Shown here piece after piece: positions 57,608 through 64,000 of a DNA stretch of 64,000 bases; the stretch's first letter is position 1, and each line of letters opens with the position of its first letter. The DNA comes from Thermodesulfobacteriota bacterium. GTDB lineage: Bacteria > Desulfobacterota_D > UBA1144 > Nemesobacterales > Mycalebacteriaceae. A program made the position numbers and the translations under genes. The notes under the pieces are model-generated. The model had not been told where the DNA came from, made no database searches, and was given only the letters and a program-made list of their open reading frames with translations. Where the stretch lies: NCBI GenBank assembly GCA_965205855.1, contig OZ242184.1:959454-1023453 (forward strand), written 5' to 3'.

Positions 57608-57664
57608 ATGAAACTGAAAACTGTTCTTGAACATTCAGAAGAAGGTGGTTGGAATTATAACTGA
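57608..57664 (+). pseudogene. 18-codon stub resembling a HicB-antitoxin N-terminus
   Basis: MKLKTVLEHSEEGGWNYN* resembles the HicB N-terminal pattern (..EEGGY..) and then terminates. Confidence 0.25.
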
Positions 57665-57726
57665 TTTTACTTTTGTTCTATTAGACGGATTTCAGGGTAT
57701 TATAAGACTCTGATAATTAAGGGAAA

Positions 57727-58053
57727 ATGAAGTTTTTCGTACATCCATTTGTTGGACATCGTCCAGAGATTTCAGAAAACGAATACTCGTCCATAAAACA
57801 ATTTATCAGTAAGCGGTATAGAAGAGAAACCACTAATCGACGTATATACAAAATCACATATAGAAAAGATGACATTCCTTGGCTTAGACAAGTAGGAAAG
57901 AAATCCATCGATGATACAAGACATGTTATTGCAATTTTGTATTGCGAATCACCTGGAACATATTTTGTTTGCAAACTAAATCGTGACGATGAAGAATATT
58001 TTATAGAAGAAATTGAGGAAAGTAGAATCGAAGACTTTCAAGACTTTGAATGA
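57727..58053 (+). CDS. Orphan hypothetical protein in an AT-rich patch
   Basis: 108-aa ORF with an acidic C-terminus (DDEEYFIEEIEESRIEDFQDFE). No family recognised. Confidence 0.35.
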   Translation: MKFFVHPFVGHRPEISENEYSSIKQFISKRYRRETTNRRIYKITYRKDDIPWLRQVGKKSIDDTRHVIAILYCESPGTYFVCKLNRDDEEYFIEEIEESRIEDFQDFE

Positions 58054-58064
58054 TTATTAAAGTC

Positions 58065-59228
58065 TTACCGCCTCTTAACAACCCGATAAACCACACCGGC
58101 AAAATCATCACTAATCAACATCCCGCCATCTGTCAGAAAAATCACATCCACCGGACGCCCCGAAACAGAACCGTCTTTACTCAACCACCCTTCAACAAAA
58201 GGTTCGTAACCCGAAACCTCACCGCCATCCACTTTGGCACGATACACCGCATAGCCGGATTTTTCACTGCGGTTCCATGAGCCATGAAGGGCGATATAAA
58301 CATACTCTCCGGCGGGGTCAAAACTCATTCCCAAATTGGCGACATGCGCTCCTGTCAACAAAGCCGGCGGTTCGTAATCGGAACAGAGCTTTCCTTCACC
58401 GTATTCGGGGTCGGGATAATTCCCCTGATGACAGTAGGGGTAGCCAAAATGCATTCCCGCGCGCGGCGCGTAGTTTAATTCGTCGTGCGGCAAATCATCG
58501 CCGAGCCAGTCGCGCCCGTTATCGGTGAACCACAACTCGCCGGTCTTTGGATGGAAATCAAATCCCACCGAATTGCGCACGCCACGGGAATACACCTCGC
58601 CCTTTCCTCCGTTCAAATCATAACGGCTGATAACACCGGTCAAATCCGGCATGGGCGGTTCGCAAACATTGCACGGAGCTCCCAGAGAAACATAAAGCAT
58701 GCCGTCCGGGGAGATTTTAAGATGACGGGCTCCGTGATGAGCGCTTTCATACAATTCCGAAACAATACGCCGGAGCGTGATTTCGCCGCTTCCGGAGAGT
58801 TTTCCCATAATATCGACAACCTTGTAAACACCGTCTATGGCGCCGACATATAAATTGCCCCCTTGGAAAGCCACACCGTGCGGCCAGGACATTCCATCTG
58901 CGATAACCCGAGCCTCATCGGCACGTCCGTCCCGGTCTGAATCGCGCAGAGCGTAAACCTTTCCGGCGCTACTTCCGGCAAAAACCCAGCCGTCTTCACC
59001 TTCGGCAAGTTGACGGGGCGACTTAAGCCCCAAAGACGGCGGCGCGAAAAAGTTAATGCTGTAACCGGCGGGCAATTTTAACATCTCCAAACCATCTTCC
59101 GTTTGGTCAATTTGAGTGTGCGAAAACTCCGCGAAATCAACCTTTGTGGAAAACCAAAATGCCGGAAGAAACAATAAACCGAACGCTAATACAATAAAAA
59201 ATGACTTTCTGTTGAAAAAATCAGACAT
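58065..59228 (-). CDS. PQQ-dependent (sorbosone/glucose dehydrogenase-like) beta-propeller oxidoreductase
   Basis: HHGARHLKISPDG, GVRNSVGFDFHP, HFGYPYCHQG. An N-terminal membrane/signal segment is present. Confidence 0.75.
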   Translation of the reverse strand: MSDFFNRKSFFIVLAFGLLFLPAFWFSTKVDFAEFSHTQIDQTEDGLEMLKLPAGYSINFFAPPSLGLKSPRQLAEGEDGWVFAGSSAGKVYALRDSDRDGRADEARVIADGMSWPHGVAFQGGNLYVGAIDGVYKVVDIMGKLSGSGEITLRRIVSELYESAHHGARHLKISPDGMLYVSLGAPCNVCEPPMPDLTGVISRYDLNGGKGEVYSRGVRNSVGFDFHPKTGELWFTDNGRDWLGDDLPHDELNYAPRAGMHFGYPYCHQGNYPDPEYGEGKLCSDYEPPALLTGAHVANLGMSFDPAGEYVYIALHGSWNRSEKSGYAVYRAKVDGGEVSGYEPFVEGWLSKDGSVSGRPVDVIFLTDGGMLISDDFAGVVYRVVKRR

Positions 59229-59244
59229 TTTGACCGTTTTAAAA

Positions 59245-59329
59245 TGCGAGAGGAGGGATTTGAACCCACACGGGATGTAACTCCCACCGGATCCTAAATC
59301 CGGCGCGTCTGCCGTTTCGCCACTCTCGC
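59245..59329 (-). tRNA. tRNA-Leu(UAG)
   Basis: Reverse complement gcgagagtggcgaaacggcagacgcgccggatttTAGgatccgg, a long variable arm, then gtgggttcaaatccctcctctcgca. One U-U mismatch in the T-stem. Confidence 0.85.
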
Positions 59330-59337
59330 AAGCTGCG

Positions 59338-59410
59338 TGGGCCGCGAGGGATTCGAACCCCCGACCATTTGATTAAGAGTCAACTGCTCTACCAACTGAG
59401 CTAGCGGCCC
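59338..59410 (-). tRNA. tRNA-Lys(CUU)
   Basis: Reverse complement gggccgctagctcagttggtagagcagttgactCTTaatcaaatggtcgggggttcgaatccctcgcggccca. Confidence 0.9.
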
Positions 59411-59456
59411 GTCGCAATCAATAGATACATCCGATAAATGACAATGGCAAGTCCCG

Positions 59457-62108
59457 TCAGTTTACGGTTCCCCTCACTACCGATACCACACGGGAGTCAA
59501 GTTCTATGTATTTCCGCACCACCCGCAAAACATCACCTGCGGTAACTGCAAACACCTTGTCCGCAAACTCCTTGTGCTCGTCCCAACCGACCCCGTAGAG
59601 TTCGTCAAAACCCATAACGGACGCCTGCGCGGAATTTGTCTGTAACCCTATCTCAAAATTCCCCACCATTTTCCTCTGCGCCCTCTCAACTTCATCCTTG
59701 CCAACCCCGTCGTTCAAAAGAGATTTAAGTTGAGCGACAATCTCATCCAGAGCGCTTTTTTCTTTTTGTGGCGCGGTGCCGATATAGATGCCAAAATAAC
59801 CGGAATCCACCCGCGCGCCGTAGAAAGAGGAAACCGTGTAAGCAAGACTCATCTCATCCCTCAATTTCATGAAAAGCCGCCCTCCCTGACCCGAAAGAAC
59901 TGCATTCAACACCTGAAACGGATAGTAATCCGTGCTTGTGAGCTCGGGAGCCAAAAAACCGACCACTATGTGAGTCTGTTCCTTTCCCTCAATCTTTCTG
60001 GATGTCAGAACCGGTTTGTCGCCGGACTTGGAATGCGCGGAAGAAGCGCGGAACTTGCCTGTTTTACGCAATCCGGAAAAATCCCTCTCAATTCTTGACA
60101 GAACCTTTTCCGCCTCAACATCACCGGCGACAACTATGACCATATTTTCGGGATTGAGAAGTTTTTTGTAGAAAGTCGAAGCGTCTTTTCCCGAAAATCT
60201 CTTCACATTGGCGACGCTTCCCGTCACTTCGCGAGAATACGGAGAATCTTTGAAAAGAGCCGTGAAAAACCTGTCCATCGCGATGGATGCAGGCCTGTCT
60301 TTCTTGCGGTTTATTTCGGCAAATATCTCCCTTTTTGCACGTTGCACCTCATCATCGGGAAAAGACGGATTGAGCACCACATCGGAGAATATATCCATCG
60401 CCGGAACAAAGTTTGAGCTGAGAGATTCCATTGAAATCCCCGCGCTGTCTTTACCGGAAAATCCCTCTATATACCCAGCAAGAGATTCCATTTCCTCGGC
60501 TATCTCGGCGGCGGAACGGGTTGAAGTCCCGCGCGTCAGCATATTCGCGGTAAAGTTTGAAATCCCATTCGCTTTCCGGTCTTCAAACCTGAGACCTCCG
60601 GAAAAAAGCAACCGCATGGCAAAAAGCGGAACGGTATTGTTCTCTTTAATTATCACCCTGATTCCGTTTTTCAATCTGTGGACGCCGGTTTTGTATGTTC
60701 CGGTTTTGGAAGCAATGCGGGGTTTTGTCTTTGAAACCGTTTTCTTCAAACGTTTGCCTTCCGCTTGCAGGGATTCGGGAAAAAGTGCAACTGCGGAAAG
60801 GTTTGACGGAATAAAATACTTCGCGGCGACTCTGCGTATATCTTCGACCCTAACCGCACGGACTTTGTCCATGTAAGTTTTTTCAGCCCCGTAGTCTCCG
60901 GCAATTGTCTCATAGAAACCAAGCGCATGCGCCTTGCCTTGCATTGTTTCTTTTGAGCGAACATTTTCACTTTCAATGTTCAGTTTCGCCTTTTCAATCT
61001 CGGAAGGCTTAATCTGTCCTTCCGCAAGCCCGTAGAACATCCGGAGTATCTCCTCGTGGGCAACCGCGGCGTTTTCGGGCTTCAATGTTCCACCTACGGC
61101 AAAAATGCCTCCCTTCAGAGGAGTATAGGCGTAGGAATAAATACTGTTCACAATGCCTTTTTCTTCTTTCACAACCCTGAACAGCCTTGAACTTTCCCCT
61201 CCTCCCATCAACTCGTCTATGACATCAAGCGCCGGAATATCCTCTCCGCCAAAGCCGGGAATTCTGAACGCAAGCGCGAAATACCCTTCGTTGACATCTT
61301 TTGTGAGAACAGACACGGCGGGGGATTTACGCGCCGGGGACTTCCCCTCCGCCGCGCATGAGGGAACCGGTTGTGGCTTAAACAAGCCGAATGTTTTTTT
61401 CACCTTCGCAAGCACACGATCAGGTTCAAAATCTCCGGTGATTACAACAACCATGTTGCGGGGCGAATACCATTTCCGGTAGAAATTAAGAATCTTTGCA
61501 CGGGAAAAGGAGCGAACGCTTTTCTCCGTGCCGAGAATAGAATGTCCGTATGGGTGGCCTTTATATGCGGATGCGAAAAGGACGCGGCTTGTAACACTTG
61601 CCGGACTGTCTTTGTCTCTGCGTATCTCCTCAACAACAACTTCTGCCTCCTTTTTAAGTTCCGCCGGGGCAAAAACGGAGTTGCCCACGCTGTCGGCAAG
61701 CAAACCTATGTTCGTATCAAGCGACCTGCTCGCCGAGGTTATAAAATAGACCGTCTGGTCAAAAGATGTGTAGGCGTTTATATTTCCGCCAACCGATTCC
61801 ACACGATAGGCAAGCTCACCCACGCCCAGAGTGTCGGTTCCCTTGAAAAGCATATGCTCATGCAGGTGGGCAAGACCTCTCTCATCCCTGCTCTCACACC
61901 CGCTTCCAACCTTAACCCAGACGTTTATTGCGGCAACCGGAGCCGAACTGTCCGGCTCAAGAATTACGGTAAGCCCGTTTTTCAATTTTACTCTGGTAAC
62001 CGGAGAAATCTCTTTTGCCATTGGAACATCAACCTCCACATAAAAAAGCGCGCATAAGAAAATAAAAAAAGGGAAAAACCTCATTCGCAAAACAAAACCC
62101 GAGGACAA
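59457..62108 (-). CDS. M16-family (pitrilysin/insulinase-like) zinc peptidase, fused two-unit form
   Basis: Inverted zinc motif HLHEHMLFKG (HxxEH), a signal peptide, and 883 aa covering two M16 halves. Confidence 0.9.
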   Translation of the reverse strand: MSSGFVLRMRFFPFFIFLCALFYVEVDVPMAKEISPVTRVKLKNGLTVILEPDSSAPVAAINVWVKVGSGCESRDERGLAHLHEHMLFKGTDTLGVGELAYRVESVGGNINAYTSFDQTVYFITSASRSLDTNIGLLADSVGNSVFAPAELKKEAEVVVEEIRRDKDSPASVTSRVLFASAYKGHPYGHSILGTEKSVRSFSRAKILNFYRKWYSPRNMVVVITGDFEPDRVLAKVKKTFGLFKPQPVPSCAAEGKSPARKSPAVSVLTKDVNEGYFALAFRIPGFGGEDIPALDVIDELMGGGESSRLFRVVKEEKGIVNSIYSYAYTPLKGGIFAVGGTLKPENAAVAHEEILRMFYGLAEGQIKPSEIEKAKLNIESENVRSKETMQGKAHALGFYETIAGDYGAEKTYMDKVRAVRVEDIRRVAAKYFIPSNLSAVALFPESLQAEGKRLKKTVSKTKPRIASKTGTYKTGVHRLKNGIRVIIKENNTVPLFAMRLLFSGGLRFEDRKANGISNFTANMLTRGTSTRSAAEIAEEMESLAGYIEGFSGKDSAGISMESLSSNFVPAMDIFSDVVLNPSFPDDEVQRAKREIFAEINRKKDRPASIAMDRFFTALFKDSPYSREVTGSVANVKRFSGKDASTFYKKLLNPENMVIVVAGDVEAEKVLSRIERDFSGLRKTGKFRASSAHSKSGDKPVLTSRKIEGKEQTHIVVGFLAPELTSTDYYPFQVLNAVLSGQGGRLFMKLRDEMSLAYTVSSFYGARVDSGYFGIYIGTAPQKEKSALDEIVAQLKSLLNDGVGKDEVERAQRKMVGNFEIGLQTNSAQASVMGFDELYGVGWDEHKEFADKVFAVTAGDVLRVVRKYIELDSRVVSVVRGTVN

Positions 62109-62119
62109 AACGGTTTTTT

Positions 62120-62974
62120 TCAGATTCCGTCTTCCTTTTCCCCGTCTGTAGAACCGGAACTCCGCTCACTGTTTTTCATCCATCTACTGTAAAAACCAAA
62201 ACGGCTCAAAAGAAAAAACAGAAAAGGAGACACCAGATAAAGAACGGAAACAACCGCAACAGATACGCCCGGACTTATGACCACAACCGCCATAAGAACG
62301 GATGCCGTAACAAGAAAATCAAATTTCTTCCCGCCGCCAAGCCTGCCCGGACTTAAAAGCCCCATCCTGCGGTATCTGATGTTGCTTACCATGAAAAACC
62401 CCGTAAGAGGCGCCGCCACTGCATAAAAGGCGCCCATAACATCCGTGGACGGAACTATGTTCAATTCGCTTACAACAAGAATCGGGGAAATCATTACCCC
62501 CGCTGCCATAGGGCTTGGTAACCCCATAAAACTCTTCCTCTCCGCCGACAGAGACTGTATGTTGAATCTGGCAAGTCGCAGAGCGGCGCAGACCGCGTAG
62601 ACAAGAAGCCCAAGGTTGAAAACGGGATTTTCAAAGGATATTCCGAATACGGAATACACAAGCACAACCGGAGCGACTCCAAAACAGACAGTATCGGAAA
62701 GGGAGTCGTAAATAACCCCGAACCGGCTGTCAACTCCAAAAGCGCGTGCAACCTTTCCATCCAACAGGTCAAGCACCATGGCAACCCCAATAAAAGCGCC
62801 AGCACGCCACATAAGGTCGCTTGTGTTTCCGGAAGCACCAGAAGCGGCAATCTGAGATGAGATTCCCATGGAAAGCAACCCGAAGCACAAAGCCGCCGTT
62901 GTTATAATGCCGGGAAGAAAACCTGCCATTTTTTCAGGTTTTATTTTATGGCGAAGTTTTTTTCTTCCGTTCAT
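62120..62974 (-). CDS. pssA: CDP-diacylglycerol--serine O-phosphatidyltransferase
   Basis: CDP-alcohol phosphatidyltransferase motif DLLDGKVARAFGVDSRFGVIYDSLSD. Confidence 0.9.
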   Translation of the reverse strand: MNGRKKLRHKIKPEKMAGFLPGIITTAALCFGLLSMGISSQIAASGASGNTSDLMWRAGAFIGVAMVLDLLDGKVARAFGVDSRFGVIYDSLSDTVCFGVAPVVLVYSVFGISFENPVFNLGLLVYAVCAALRLARFNIQSLSAERKSFMGLPSPMAAGVMISPILVVSELNIVPSTDVMGAFYAVAAPLTGFFMVSNIRYRRMGLLSPGRLGGGKKFDFLVTASVLMAVVVISPGVSVAVVSVLYLVSPFLFFLLSRFGFYSRWMKNSERSSGSTDGEKEDGI

Positions 62975-63636
62975 TACCTGATACCGTCGCGAACAAGACG
63001 GGCAACCGCTGTTTCAGCTCCCCTGACCACATCGCCCTTAACAACTTTTACCTCGTAACCGTCAGGGAAAAACAGGTCTATCCGCGAACCGAATTTTATG
63101 ATACCAAACCTCTGTCCCCTCTTCAAATGCGCGCCTTTTGAAGCATGAGAAACTATTCTTCTGGCAATAAAACCCGCCACCTGCGCCATCAGAAACTCCG
63201 GCCCGCCGCCGTCCGGCTTTACAAGAGTCGCAACCCGCTCATTTTCTTTTGTGGCCGCGCTACTAAATCCCAGAGCGAATTTTCCCGCCCTACGACGCGA
63301 ATCCTTCACCTCTCCTGAAACGGGAAACCAGTTCACATGACAGTCAACAATGGAGAGAAATACGCTCACTCTTGTAACTTCGCAACGGAGAAAATTGTCT
63401 TCCCGTTCGGTTGTTACCTCAATTACCCTTCCATCGGAAGGCGCGAGAACCGACCCGTCATCGGGAGGAACTTCCCTTTGCGGGTCTCTGAAAAAAAACA
63501 GCGTAAAAACAAAAACGATAAAAAACAGAAAGGAAACCACATCCAAGCCCGTAAGGGAAAACAGCCAGCCCGCAACCGCGACCGCGAAAACCGTTGATAT
63601 GCCTTCCGGAGCGATTCTGAAAAACGGAGTTTTCAT
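62974..63636 (-). CDS. psd: Phosphatidylserine decarboxylase (short form)
   Basis: Self-cleavage context IIKFGSRIDLF. 220 aa, and overlaps the pssA start by 1 nt. Confidence 0.9.
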   Translation of the reverse strand: MKTPFFRIAPEGISTVFAVAVAGWLFSLTGLDVVSFLFFIVFVFTLFFFRDPQREVPPDDGSVLAPSDGRVIEVTTEREDNFLRCEVTRVSVFLSIVDCHVNWFPVSGEVKDSRRRAGKFALGFSSAATKENERVATLVKPDGGGPEFLMAQVAGFIARRIVSHASKGAHLKRGQRFGIIKFGSRIDLFFPDGYEVKVVKGDVVRGAETAVARLVRDGIR

Positions 63637-63651
63637 AAAGTCGGCGCCTTT

Positions 63652-64000
63652 TCAGTTTTTGGACTTGTCAACCAGTTTGTCCTTAAAGAGAGAACTCATC
63701 ATGCTTCGGAGCTCCGCGCCGGTTTTTTCTATCAAATGCCCCTCTCCCTCTTTGAGAAGACGGTTGTAGTTCGGCCTGCCCGCCTCATCCTCTTCAATCC
63801 ACTCCTTGGCGAAATCTCCGGACTGTATTTCGGATACGATTTTTTTCATCTCGTCCTTGACACCCCGGTTCACAACTCTCGGACCGCGGGTTATGTCACC
63901 GTATTTGGCGGTATCGCTGATTGAGTATCTCATGTTTGAAATTCCGTCCTGGTATATCAGGTCAACTATGAGTTTCACTTCATGGCAGCACTCAAAATAC
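63652..64000 (-). CDS. ilvC: Ketol-acid reductoisomerase (partial; N-terminus lies beyond the window end)
   Basis: C-terminal sequence [25 protein letters not shown]...[17 protein letters not shown]. The frame is open to position 64000. Confidence 0.9.
   Translation of the reverse strand, partial: YFECCHEVKLIVDLIYQDGISNMRYSISDTAKYGDITRGPRVVNRGVKDEMKKIVSEIQSGDFAKEWIEEDEAGRPNYNRLLKEGEGHLIEKTGAELRSMMSSLFKDKLVDKSKN

Noticed and set aside
59730-62057. Plus-strand ORFs of 109-228 aa inside the M16 peptidase gene
   Set aside because: They are antisense shadows of an 883-aa ORF that carries the HxxEH motif, and they have no motifs of their own.

Overview
This is a bacterial chromosomal window, diderm-like by gene content (outer-membrane barrels, pssA/psd). 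I cannot place the lineage from memory. Most of it is densely packed housekeeping genes: thiC, tsaD, ggt, coaX, guaA-tag-guaB, proB, gyrA, rsmD-coaD, an aspartate-family aminotransferase, cysS, nnr-tsaE, lysC-cimA, manC, clpX-clpP-tig, pssA-psd and ilvC. RNA genes are 11 tRNAs and one 16S rRNA gene. The 16S has no 23S or 5S anywhere in the 64 kb. The clearest accessory region is an island of about 9.4 kb (about 41.0-50.4 kb) next to tRNA-Ser(GCU). It carries a class II Fic protein, a small HTH gene overlapping hsdM, and a complete type IC restriction-modification system (hsdM/hsdS/hsdR). That operon is split between hsdM and hsdS by a GIY-YIG nuclease gene, an hsdS 5' remnant and a HigB-2/HigA-2 toxin-antitoxin pair. 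hsdS also contains the 12-bp TAEL repeat known to set recognition-spacer length in this family. Other points worth a second look: an A10 tract positioned so that a -1 slip would fuse a MoxR ATPase to its VWA partner; protein genes lying between the 16S gene and tRNA-Ile/tRNA-Ala; a protein with a histone-H1-like tail; and several small decayed AT-rich patches. No CRISPR array, transposase or integrase was recognised. All calls come from reading the sequence and ORF translations by eye. No similarity search, covariance model or GC statistic was run.
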